Assembly (NCBI GenBank): GCA_964016885.1
Contig: OZ024742.1
Coordinates: 244,528,001-244,592,000, forward strand
DNA: 64,000 nt
Direction: 5' to 3'
Source: Eledone cirrhosa
Taxonomy: Eukaryota
The notes beneath the pieces are model-generated. The model was not told where the DNA came from. It ran no database searches and worked only from the letters and a program-made list of their open reading frames with translations. This document shows, in pieces, positions 14,849 through 26,529 of the stretch. A program made the translations under genes and the position numbers. Each line of letters begins with the position of its first letter. Position 1 is the stretch's first letter.

Positions 14849-17043
14849 AATTCAAGCATGTTTTGCAACGTGAGGAGCAGAAACAGGAGGTGTTCAAGTT
14901 TGTGAGGCAGTGTGTCAGAGAGAATTGTGATGTCATTGGAGAGAAGTGTATTCGGAATGATAGAGGTGAGCTTGCCCTCACAAGTGCTGAGAAGAAAGAT
15001 GCATGGAAGAGTCATTATGATAGATTACTAAATGCAGAGAATGCATGGGAAGAAGAGACCCTACCCCAAGTAGACCCTATAGAGGGGCCAGCAGTACAAA
15101 TCAGCAGCAGCGTAGTAAGTAAGGCAATCAAAGATATGAAGATGGGGAAGGCAACCGGTCCATCGGGTATAGCTGCCGAGATGCTGAAGGCATCTGGGTC
15201 TGTAGGTCACACTATAACCACACGTATTGTTAACCAGGTAATACTAGAAGGTGTCATACCAAAAGATTGGTGCAGTAGCATCATTGTCAACTGCTACAAA
15301 GGTAAAGGTGATGCACTCGATAGAGGAAACTATAGAGGTATAAAGCTGATGGACCAGGTCATGAAAGTAACAGAAAGAGTTATAGCACAGTTGATTAGGG
15401 ACCAGGTGAAACTAGATGAGATGCAATTTGGGTTTGTACCAGGAAGAGACACCACTGATGCCCTCTTCCTCGTGAGGCAGTTACAGGAAAAGTAAGCCAC
15501 TCTACCTGACATTCATCGATCTCGAGAAAGCCTTTGACAGAGTTCCACGTGCTGTAATCTGGTGGGCTCTTAGAAAACTAGGAGTAGATGAATGGATTAT
15601 GAAAGCGGTACAAGCCATGTATAGGAGAGCAGTCAGCAAAGTTAGGATTAGCAATGAGTATAACGAGGAATTTAGCGTACAGGTTGGGTCCACCAGGGCT
15701 CTGTTCTTAGCCCTCTCCTGTTCATCATAGTTCTGCAGGCAATAACGGAGGAGTTTAAGACCAGATGCCCATGGGAGCTCCTGTATGCTGATGACCTCAC
15801 ACTTATAGCTGATTCTATGGTTGAACTTGAGAAGAAATTCCAAACTTGGAAGCAGGGACTAGAAAGAAAGGGTCTCAAAGTCAACATGACAAAGACTAAG
15901 GTCCTTGTAAGTAGACGAGAAAACAGAACCCAGATCTCCTCAGGGAAATGGCCTTGCTCAGTATGTAGGAAAGGTGTAGGTAGGAACTCCATTCTCTGCC
16001 CCAAATGCAAACAATGGGTACACAAGAGATGTAGCGGGATCTCAGGAAGCTTAATTAAGAATGTAGGCTTCACATGCAGCAGCTGTACTGGGACAGCAAG
16101 CAGCAAACAGCCACAGGAAACAAGTACCACCAATCTCTGGGAGGGCTCTGTAGAGACAGTAGACAGCTTCTGCTACCTAGGTAACCGAATTAGCAGCGGA
16201 GGTGGGTGTTCAGAAAGTACAATAACTAGGGTAAGAACGGGATGGAAGAAGTTCAGGGAACTACTACCACTGCTAGCTGCAAAAGGCTTCTCCCTCAAAA
16301 TGAAAGGCAAACTGTATGATGTGTGTATCCGAACAGCAATGTTACATGGTAGTGAGACCTGGGCGCTGAAGGTGGAAGACTTACGTAGATTAGAGAGAAA
16401 CGAAGCCTGCATACTCCGATGGATGTGTAATAGTAATATACATAAACGACAAAGCATAAATGAATTGAGAGAGAGACTGAGCATAAGAGGAATCAAATGC
16501 TGTGTGCAGGAGAGGCGGTTGCGTTGGTATGGACATGTGATGCGTATGAAGGATGACAGCTGCATAAAAAGGTGCAGAGCACTAGAAGTCAATGGAAACC
16601 GCGGAGTGGGGAGACCCAAGAAGACCTGGGATGAGGTGATAAAAGCCGACCTTACCCAATTACACCTCTCAAAGGCGATGACACACAACCGTGACCTCTG
16701 GCATCACGCAGTAATACAGAGTACCCGACCTCCCATGGGTACAAGCTGAAGCATATAGACAATATGCCCCCACACCCTCCCACTGCAAGGTGGTCGTAGC
16801 GGTGCCACAGCAAAAAAGCACCCAGCCCACACTGTAAAGTGGACGTGTAGGCGCCACGAAAAAGCACCCAGCACTCACTGTAAATGAGGTTGGTGTTAGG
16901 AAGGGCATCCAGCTGTAGAAATCAAGCCAAATCAGTTCCTGTATGAGCAAGGCATGGTCAGCCGACCAGACAGGACAACCCGTCTAACCCATGCTAGCGT
17001 GGAAGAAAGGACGTAAAACGGTGATGATGATGATGATGATGAT
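14849..17043 (+). mobile_element. RTE-clade LINE (subfamily A), 5'-truncated, RT with inserted PHD finger, (GAT)n tail
   Basis: GKATGPSGI, NYRGIKL, QFGFVPGR, DLEKAFDRVP, LYADDL, RLRWYGHVMRM, GRPKKTW. Stop/frameshifts near 15495 and 15690. Confidence 0.93.
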
Positions 17044-17186
17044 AAATACACCCAGTTCATTCTGTAAAGTGGTTAGTGATAGGAGGGGCATCCAGCCATA
17101 GAAAACCTGTTAAACAATGGGTTGGGAAGACCCTTCAGCTATATAAAAGACATGACACTCCATTATATATTACTTATATATATTAT

Positions 17187-17375
17187 TTGTGGACTGGCAA
17201 TATCAGTAGAGGGTCGGACGCCATGCTTTGCAGCATAGAGTAACGTCTCTTTACGGACTGAGTTCAAATCCTGCCGAGGTTAATTTTGCCTTTCATCCTA
17301 CGGGGTCCATAAAATAAAGTACCAGTAATGTACTGGGTAATTGCTAGCCTTGTGCCAAAAGTAGAAACAATTATT
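17187..17375 (+). mobile_element. SINE family 1 copy
   Basis: Colinear with 5714-5900. Confidence 0.85.
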
Positions 17376-17992
17376 TATATTTCTACAAGTTAATGAACGA
17401 GCCTCTATGCAGTTACCTGACTTTCTAGAAATAGCAACTAAATTCCCTCAAATGCACCTTACCATCTTAAAAGAAGAAAAGGCACAGTCCTTGATCTATA
17501 AAAAGACAGGATAGTTACAGCAGGAACACCTTTGATCATAGGTGGATTTAATTAGAGTTAACCTAGGTTAAACAACTTGTATATTTATTTTGTCAAACTC
17601 AGGTCAAGAAAAGCAGAGTAACTTTGGTCAAGATCAGATCTCAGAATGTAAAAGTTGAAATGTAATACTGTAAAGCAGGCAGGCATGGTTGAACTGTGGC
17701 ATGTTGGTTGTGTGTGGTCTTTATGAATCTTTGTATGACATGTGTAATGTCATAATAACTTTTTATTAAAACTTCATAACATAATCTTTAGGTCAACTCT
17801 GATAACTTAAACTATTTCATTTCATTGTCACATTCACTTCATCAATGTTTTGTGGAAGTCAGTAATTCCTTAAATTATTGATCAATAAAAATGTACTACA
17901 TACAATGTTTCTTGAATTTTTCTTTCAGTGGTGTGGCTTGATTTATTATGAATAATATCTCAGAAGTTCCACCATTATCAAAAGATTGCCCA

Positions 17993-18390
17993 TAGGCACA
18001 GTCATGGCTGCATGGTTAAGGAGTTTGCTTCATAACCACATTGTTTCATGTTCAGTTCTGCTGTATGGCACCTTGAGCAAGTATTTTCTACTACAGCTTC
18101 ATGTTGACAATTGCTTTGTGATTGAAATTTGGTAGATTGAATCTGTACAGAGGCTCATCATATATATGTGTGTGCACGCATGCGTGTGTGTGTGTATGCA
18201 TGCATGTGTGTATGCCATGTGTCCAATTAAGTTTACTGTTTGTTTGTCTTACAACTTTAACAAAAAAAAATCAATAAAATAAGAACCAAACTTTAAAAAA
18301 CTAATTATTGGGGTTGATATGACAGACTCTCTTGAAAGTGGTGCCCCAGCATGGCCACAATTTAATGAATGAAATCAATAAAATAATAAA
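17993..18390 (+). mobile_element. Diverged tRNA/CORE-type SINE
   Basis: TGGCTGCATGGTTAAG A-box-like, GTTCAGTTC B-box-like, CACCTTGAGCAAG core-like motif. Confidence 0.5.
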
Positions 18391-18629
18391 GGAATACTTA
18401 CTGTAAGTCATCTAGTCTAGTAATATACTGTACTGTGTTTGATTGAGTGCAAAGCTAGATATTTATTTAGGAGAATTGGATATTGCAACACTCATATATT
18501 TTCCAATGGGTTTTAACAGCGGATACCAAACTACCTGAAAACTGACCCTGGTTCTATGATACAAAGTTATTTGCTTTAAAGTGCTTGTATTCAAATTTAA
18601 TCTTTCCTCCATTACTATTTCAGGTAAAA

Positions 18630-18860
18630 GAGTGGTGGATTGGCAGTATCAGTAGAGTGTTGGACAACATACTTTGTGGTATATAGTTACAGCCCTTTTT
18701 GCTCTGAGTTCAAATCCCACCGAAGTTAGCATTGCCTTTCATCTTTATGGGATTACGGGATCGATAAAATAAAGGACCAGTAATGTACTGCGGGTCAATT
18801 TAATTGACTTTCCCCTTCCCAAAAATTGTTGGTCTTGTGCCAAAATTAGAAAACATTATT
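18630..18860 (+). mobile_element. SINE family 1 copy
   Basis: Colinear with 5714-5900. Confidence 0.8.
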
Positions 18861-18948
18861 TCAAGTAAAAACCTTTGTTAAGTTATGTTCCAAACAACTT
18901 ATTAATTAGAAAGTTAGTTTGGTATAGTTGCATCAGTAAATAACAGCA

Positions 18949-19465
18949 ACATCATCATCATCCTCATTGTTTAACGTCCATCTTCCACGCTAGCATGGGT
19001 TAGACATGTTTGTCCCACTTGTGGCAAGATTGGTTGGGTGACTGTGTCTCACTTGTATAGAACTGCATCTGGCAGGTTTTCTACAGCTTGATGCCCTTTC
19101 TAATGCCAACCACATTTATAGTGTGGACTGGGAGCCTTTTTACCGTGTCATCTACATGACCACTTTACAGCGTGGACTAAGTGCTTTTTTGTCATGTCAC
19201 CTACATGACCTCTTTAGTTTGGACTGGATGTTCTGTGGTACCAACATAACTTTACAGAGAAAGGGTGGTGTTGGTGGAAGTGGGAAGCTGGAGTAGGGGT
19301 GTGAGATGGAGTGTATATTGGGTTAAGAGGTGCCTACTGACTGTAGGTTTAAGTCCGTACGTAAGTGAAAGCGGGTTTTCTGTATTACTGCATAGCACCA
19401 AAGATCTCGATCCAGTGACATTGTCTTAGAGAGGTGTAAGCATGCAAGGTCAGTTTTTATCACAG
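18949..19465 (-). mobile_element. RTE 3' fragment (ORF end, 3' UTR, GAT tail)
   Basis: LHLSKTMSLDRDLW peptide; 3' UTR matches the other RTE copies. Confidence 0.85.
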
Positions 19466-19956
19466 TGAATCTAAATACAAGATAGGTATGAGAAACTATG
19501 CAGTCATTGCTACCCCTATAATATGAACCTGGGTAATGTGGGAGAATGCTCTCTGGCATTCAGGATTTCAGGCACAAACCATCTCACAGACCTAACAGAC
19601 ATTGTTATTTTACTACATCTCTCTAAATTCTTGAATATTTTCAAAATGATTAGTAAATTATAGATAGTGTCTTTCATTTGAGATATAGTAATGAAAAGCT
19701 TAATTGTATTGAAAACATATCAATCAGAAATCGAACGCAAGTTGTTAATTGAGTTAATCAGGTGCTTAAATTTATTTCATAACACTATTATTATCAAATA
19801 TTGATTTGATAGCTAGTTAGCACATATGTATGTGTGACATTCATGCCTTTCTCAAGAGTATTAGCAGCACAAACAAAGTAAATTGATTTGAAACTGTTGA
19901 AATATTTCAATAAAAGCTAAAGATATTGAAGGTCATTAAGGACTTTATATTTCAAC

Positions 19957-20645
19957 TGGGGGGGGGGGGGACAGCAACAGTGGTTGTGGTGGTGGTGGTG
20001 GTAAGGATAGTGGTGGTAGTAAGGGAGGGGGTAACAGCGGCAGTGGTTGTGGTGGTGGTGGTAAGGATAGTGGTGGTAGTAAGGGAGGGGTAACAGCGGC
20101 AGTGGTTGTGGTGGTGGTGGTGGTAAGGATAGTGGTGGTAGTAAGGGAGGGGGTAACAGCGGCAGTGGTTGTGGTGGTAAGGATAGTGGTGGTAGTAGGG
20201 GAGGGGTAACAGCAGCAGTGGTTGTGGTGGTGGTGGTAGTAGGGAAGGGGTAACAGCGGCAGTGGTTTGTGGTGATGGGGGTAGTGATGGTGGTGGTAGT
20301 AGTGGGGGTGAGGTGACAGCGGCAATGGTTGTTGTGGTGGTGGTAGTGGCGGTAATGGTAGTGATGGCAGTGGAGGGGGGAGGGGGAGAGGGGGGGGGGG
20401 GGGGCAGTGGTGATGACAGTGATGATTGTGATGCTGGTGATGGTAGTGGAAGTTTTCAGGCAGCAGTGGTAGTGGGGGATGGGACGACAGTAGGGAAGAT
20501 GGTGATGCTAGTGATGGTAGTGGTGGTGGTGGTGGTGGTGGTGGTGGTGGTGGTGGTGACAGTAATGATGGTGGCAGTGGTGGTGGTGGTGGTAGTGGTA
20601 GAGGTGGTAGAGGTGGCTATAGATGGTGGTGGTGGTGGTGTGGCT
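19957..20645. repeat. G-rich ~55-62 bp minisatellite grading into (GGT)n low complexity
   Basis: About 5 units of GGGGTAACAGCGGCAGTGGTTGTGGTGGTGGTAAGGATAGTGGTGGTAGTAAGGGA. Confidence 0.9.
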
Positions 20646-20789
20646 CATTGCTGGTTGTTTTTGATATTGTTATAACAATATGGTTTACTAGTGTATTAGA
20701 ATTGTTGTTACTATCACATTGCTTGTTTGTGTTATCATTGTTGCCATGGCAACCACATTTTTATCTTCTTTTTTTTCCTCACTGAATAT

Positions 20790-21026
20790 ATTTTGGTTGT
20801 TGTTGTTGCTTTTGTTGTTATTGTTATTGTTGTTAATTTTGTTTTGTTTTTTTGTTGTTGCTATTGTTGTTGTTGTTGCTATTGTTGTTCTTATTGTTGC
20901 CTTTATTGTTATTGTTGTTGGTGCTATCGCTGTTGTTGGTCTTTTATTCTTCAGATTTTTGTTTAGGAGATGGGGGTGTCATAGAGATATTGTAAAAATA
21001 TATTTGACATATAACAAAAAAAAATA

Positions 21027-21071
<45 letters not shown>

Positions 21072-21354
21072 AAAAAAAACACGAATAAAATAAAAATCAT
21101 TTACTCAAAGCTGATAAAGTATTGAACTCCCTTTCAGAATTAATTTAAAATATTTGGAAAATGTATTTCCTCTGTCCTATTTCTGATGCTGCCACTACCA
21201 CCCATCCTCAAATACATCCCACCAAACCCAAGCAACCTTCTGCCACGGATTATTGCAAGAATTGAAGTCTCTCTGTCTGAAATTCTGTGGGCAACTTCTG
21301 TTTTATTATGGAAAACTGAAAAATACAAAAAGGCAATAATAATAATAATAATAA

Positions 21355-21385
<31 letters not shown>

Positions 21386-21612
21386 AAGAAGAAGAAGAAG
21401 AAGAAGAAGAAGAAGAAGAAGAAGCAGAAGAAGAAGAAGAAATAACAACAACAACAATAATAAGTAATCATGAGAAGTTGGAGAAAAATTGAAATAATAA
21501 TAAAAATACAATTAATAATGATATATATAATATATATATATGTGTGTGTGTATGTGTGTGTGTGTGTGTGTGGATGTATGTACGCATACATATATATACA
21601 TCCATCCATATA

Positions 21613-21683
<71 letters not shown>

Positions 21684-21749
21684 ATGGATGTATATATATG
21701 GATGGAATGATGTATATATATATATATATGTATGCATATATACATCCAT

Positions 21750-21800
<51 letters not shown>
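20790..21800. repeat. Microsatellite cluster: (TTG)n, (TAAA)n, (AAT)n(GAA)n, (TG)n, (TA)n, (CA)n
   Basis: Directly visible. Confidence 0.95.
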
Positions 21801-21805
<5 letters not shown>

Positions 21806-22130
21806 TTATATTTATATGAAGACCTTGATAATGTGAATGTTTATTGCATAAAGTTTTATAAAGACAATAATAAAATATTTACCATGCTATGTAATTTGCA
21901 TGATGGTAAACGAATGAGCTTGTTGGTGTTAACATTCTTATTATTTCAAAGAGATACCCCACAAGGAAGAATAATAAAGAGAGAGAAGAAAAAGGATATA
22001 GTGTATTATGGGAGGTGTTGGTGGTAGTGGGAGGGGTGGGAGTAGTTATGATGAATAAGTAAAATGCCCGGAGGAAAAGTGAGAATGAGAAGCTACATAG
22101 ATTAATACACACACGGGCACACACACACAC

Positions 22131-22176
<46 letters not shown>

Positions 22177-22179
22177 CAC

Positions 22180-22583
22180 ATATGGTGGCTGCCAACTCGT
22201 TTTCGAGTATGGCCACTACTTTATATCCATGTAGGAGAACCCCTACCGATGCGCTGAACGAGTGTGACTTTTTAGTCCAGCCAGCGACTTGAAAACTCTG
22301 GTACAAACACTACATTTGTGACAATTACTGACACATAGTGCTGGGCCCATGGTATCATGTGATGACAAGTGCAGAGAGATCTCCAGATATAAAGCAATGC
22401 CTGTGCCGTGAAGCTTTTATAGTGAGCAAAGGCACTGCACAAAGCCAGTCCCACTCTCTTAACCAAGATGATATTTACCAAAAAGAAGAACAAGTCAACA
22501 TCATTGGATACCATCAGGATTGCAGGTGTTATATCAGAGTTTTCCTTCTCCTAGAATTCTGCCTTGACAAAGGCTAAGGGGTC
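22180..22583. mobile_element. Unclassified ~400-bp interspersed element, copy 1
   Basis: Near-identical inverted copy at 47661-48063 with the same ends; both are flanked by TA-rich microsatellite. Confidence 0.85.
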
Positions 22584-22816
22584 ATCTCTCCCGTATACAT
22601 ACATACCTACATACATACATATACGTACATACACACACACACTATATACATATATATATATATACATATATATATGTATGTATGTATGTATATATGTATG
22701 TATGCATATCATCATCGAGGTTAACTTTGCCTTTCATCCTTACGGGGTCGATAAAATAAGTACCAGTAATACACTGGGATAATTGCTGGCCTTGTGCCAA
22801 AAAGTAGAAACAATTA

Positions 22817-23130
22817 TTATCATCATCATCATCATCAGCAGCAGCAGCGTTTCATGTCTGTTTTTTTTCATGCTTACATGGGTTAGATTGATCATTTCCA
22901 GCATAGCATCCATCCATACTTCATCTTCTTTTGTCATCTCCTCTGTGAGCTTCAGCAATTTGAGATCAGCTCTCATAACTTCCACGCAGGTCTTCCTTGG
23001 GCTCCCTCTACTGCAGCTTCCTTCCACTGGAATTTCTTGATACTTCTTCACCCAATGATCTTAATCCATATACATCACATAGCCGTACCAGCACAGTCTT
23101 CCCTCCCGTACACTATGTTTGAGGCCTCAT
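22817..23130 (-). mobile_element. 3' fragment of a more distant RTE family
   Basis: KKYQEIPVEGSCSRGSPRKT...RADLKLLKL peptide; related pieces at 57298-57508 and ~62350-62455. Confidence 0.7.
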
Positions 23131-23482
23131 GCATATATATATATATATCATCATCATCATCGATTAATGTCTATCTTCCACGCTAGCATGGGTTAGACGG
23201 GTCTCATTTAGAGGCAACTTGGGTCGGGTAACCATGTCTCACTCATATAAGCGTGTTTCTGGTTAGTTTTCTACGGCTGTATGCCATTCCTAATGCCAAC
23301 CACATTGACAGTGTGGACTGGGTGCTTTTTGTCATGACACCTACACAATGACTTACAGTGTGGGCTGGATGTTATATACATATATACACACATGGTCTAT
23401 ATATATACATATTTGTGTATATATGTACATATCATCATCACCTCCGTCTTTACATCCATACATATATACATACATATATAAG

Positions 23483-23601
23483 TATTTAATATAGAAATGG
23501 CTTCTACAGGACCAGAACTGTTTCATTTGTATGAGCATTTTTGATGATTTCATATGAATGAAACAGTTCGAGTCCTGGAGAAGCGATTTCTTTATTAAAT
23601 A
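23483..23601. other. Imperfect fold-back (~52-bp arms) containing a degenerate hammerhead core
   Basis: Arms 23483-23534 and 23550-23601; TTGATGA-T-TTCATATGAA-T-GAAAC starts at 23541. Confidence 0.7.
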
Positions 23602-23716
23602 ATTATGTTTACACTCTACTAATGTATTGAGTACCTTTCTAACTGTGGTTACCCCCAATTTCACTCGGGATCCATATATATATATATATAAATATATAAA
23701 TATATATTATGAAGAG

Positions 23717-24599
23717 AGCTTATACTGCTGTTGGCTACAAAAGGTTTCTCTCTAAAAATGAAAGGTAGATTGTATGAGGCCTGTATACAAACAGCAATGC
23801 TACATGGCAGTGAGACATGGACATTACGTGCAGAGGACCTGCGCAGACTGGAAATGAACGAAGCATACATGCTCCGTTGGATGTGTAATAGTAATATACA
23901 GGAACGGCAAAACATAAATGAACTAAGTGAGAAATTAGGAATAAGAGGGATCAGATGCTGTTTACTTGAAAGAAGACTACATTGGTATGGTCACGTGATG
24001 CGCATGAAAGACGACAGCTGTATAAAAAAGTGCAGGGTGATCAAAATTGATGGTAGTTACGGAGTAGGTAGACCCAGAAAAACCTGGGACGATCTGATAA
24101 ATTCCGACCTTACACACTTGCACCTCTCTAAGACAATGTCGCTGGACCGAGATCTTTGGCGCTACGTAGTAATACAGGAGACCCGCCTTGCCTATGTACA
24201 AAGTGAAACCTACAGTCAGTAGGTACTTCTTAACCAAATATACACCCCAATCCACTACCCCTACCCTATCCTCCCACTCCCACCAACACCACCCTCTCTC
24301 TGTAAAGTTGGTACCACAACATCCAGTCCAAATAAATGAGATAATAAGATCGAGATCGAGAAAAAAAACAAAAAAAAAACACAGTCTACGCTGTAATGTG
24401 GCCGTGTAGGTAACACGGTAAAAAGTTCAGTTCCACACTGTAAATGTGGTTGGTGTTAGGAAAGGCATCCAGCCGTAGAAAACCTGCCAGATAGTCCTAT
24501 ATGAGCGAGACACGGTCACCCGACCTACCTTGCCTTAAGTGGGACAACTCCCGTCTAACCCATACTAGCGTGGAAGATGGACGTTAAACGATGATGATG
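23717..24599 (+). mobile_element. RTE LINE subfamily B, 5'-truncated, with 15-bp TSD
   Basis: ORF 23731-24222 encodes the RT C-terminus; (GAT)n tail; ATATATTATGAAGAG at 23702-23716 and 24600-24614. Confidence 0.92.
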
Positions 24600-25029
24600 A
24601 TATATTATGAAGAGTCAGCACCTGACAGCTGAGCTCTTGCCGTATATATATATAGGGCGACCGACTAAAGTAGAAGATGCTAGATGGTCGGTCATCCTCT
24701 TGTCTATGATTTTCAGCCCCATGGATTTTATCTGTTATATTCCTTTGTTATATTTTGAATACCTGATATCACCAGATTCATACGGAACCCGGTCATTGGA
24801 GTGATCATGGTATAATAAACCTTTCAAGGATTTACACAAGTCCAGCCTCCTGTTATTTTATTATAATAATTAACTCCGTACTCGCACCACCAACTACACA
24901 AACGAAGACGGGTGAGCTGCAATACGTTGAGTACTCTCCATAATATTACATTGAGATTGACCATACGGAATGACCAATTCTATCCAGTGGTGAACCAACA
25001 AACCTAAATAAATATATATATATATATAT

Positions 25030-25412
25030 ATACAAATGAATATATGATAGGGATAAACACTGATACAAGTATACATGTGTTTGCATTGCGTTCAACAACA
25101 CATTTCTCTCAGTCTTCCTAAGTATTTTGAAGTGAAACTTACCAATTTCTGGATATCCGCAGAAGAGCACAGGAATAGGAAATTTCACTTAATTGTTGCG
25201 AAACAAATTTAAAATTTAAAATTTAAAATTTGTCCAGGTATCACAGCTATTGCCAATATAGGTTTGTTTTTATTGATTTATTATTTTAAATCGAGACAGG
25301 CAAACTGTATTATTTTAATTAGTATTTTTCAATCTAGCTAACTTGGTCATTTGCAATGCCAACACATGTATACTTGTATCAGTGTTTATCCCTATCATAT
25401 ATTCATTTGTAT
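25030..25412. mobile_element. Element with 60-bp inverted repeats enclosing a degenerate hammerhead
   Basis: 25030-25089 vs 25353-25412, one mismatch; the left arm abuts (TA)n. Confidence 0.8.
25152..25242 (+). ncRNA. Degenerate type-I hammerhead ribozyme motif (U4A)
   Basis: GATATCCG-CAGAAGA-GCA...TGC-GAAA-CAAATTT...AAATTTG-TC-CAGGTATC. Confidence 0.6.
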
Positions 25413-25599
25413 TACACGGCTCAGAAATATTCCTTTCTTTGAGCTATTTAATTGTAAAAGACTATTTGAGTTTATAACTCTATATATAATATACAAGCAC
25501 ACCCCCACCCTGCACACACTTCGCCACTATAATATATATATTGTACTGGAAAAAGGAGGAGAGGACTAGGCATCTGCAGTTCTGCGATGCTCTCGACTT

Positions 25600-26275
25600 A
25601 ATAAATTGTAACACAAACCAGCCAACCCCTTGGTTACCTACCAATTGGAGGCGAGGACTTCATCATCACCAGGAAACAAGATACAGTCAAATGGTTGTAA
25701 ATACGAAGTCCTTCCCTGGAGGTGAATGTACCTCCCAAAATAGATTAGCTGTCAGTGACCTTAGAGTAAGGGTTAGGTAGACCAAGAGAGAAAAGCCAGC
25801 CTGGAGGAGGAAGATATAGAAGCTGAATGAACCCTCTGTAGGTAACAAATTTAGAGAAATCTTTCTTGATGCCTATGACAGTAAGGAAGAGGAGTTAGGG
25901 ATATATAACATAGAGAAAATCGAGAATTTCTATGGGTCAACCTGCTGAAAGCCATGAGCCAGGTCGGCAGCTGGAGCAAGGTCTCAGCAAGACAGAGAAT
26001 GACTTGGTGATAGAATGACAAGGTAAAAAGAACTATTAAAACAAAAAGACAAGCCTGGAGAAAATGAAGGAACAGGGGGGAGAGAAAGCAATACGAGATG
26101 ACAAGAAGGAAAGCCAAGTGCCAAGTATATCTAGTGAGGGGAGAGGCAGAAAAGAAGAAGTTTCCACATGTTCTGTGTCATGAAGATCAGAGGCATGAAA
26201 TGTTCAGGGTTGCAAGACAGTATGCTAGAGAAAATCGTAATGTGGCTGGAGAAAAGTGTGTATGAAATTATAGTT
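25600..26275 (+). mobile_element. Old degenerate RTE fragment (endonuclease C-terminus/linker)
   Basis: KSFPGGECTSQNRLAVSDLRV resembles the last APE motif; downstream sequence is similar to the 5' parts of the 14849 and 38753-41130 copies. Confidence 0.6.
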
Positions 26276-26529
26276 GAGCACACCCTGCATTGATTACATG
26301 TGTCAATGAAGGGTAAGGCTAAAATGGCTAATTGGAGCACTCTACATGAAGTGCATACAGACAAAAAGAGTCTCGCATTCTGAATATGGCAAATAGGGAA
26401 AAATTTCAATCAACAGAAACAATCTTTGTAATTTCAAGACCAAAACTCCATTTAATGGAGATCAGGTGATAAGAAACATGAAAAGAACTCCTATAGTCTG
26501 AAGTGGTTCAAATGTTTTGGAACAGTTTA

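Noticed and set aside
16810-16900. ~47-bp repeats of the RTE 3' UTR as the source of the 48-bp satellite
   Set aside because: Similar period but no sequence similarity that I can see.
22272-22577. ORFs conserved between the two 400-bp element copies
   Set aside because: Short, with no motifs; conservation reflects recent copy identity.
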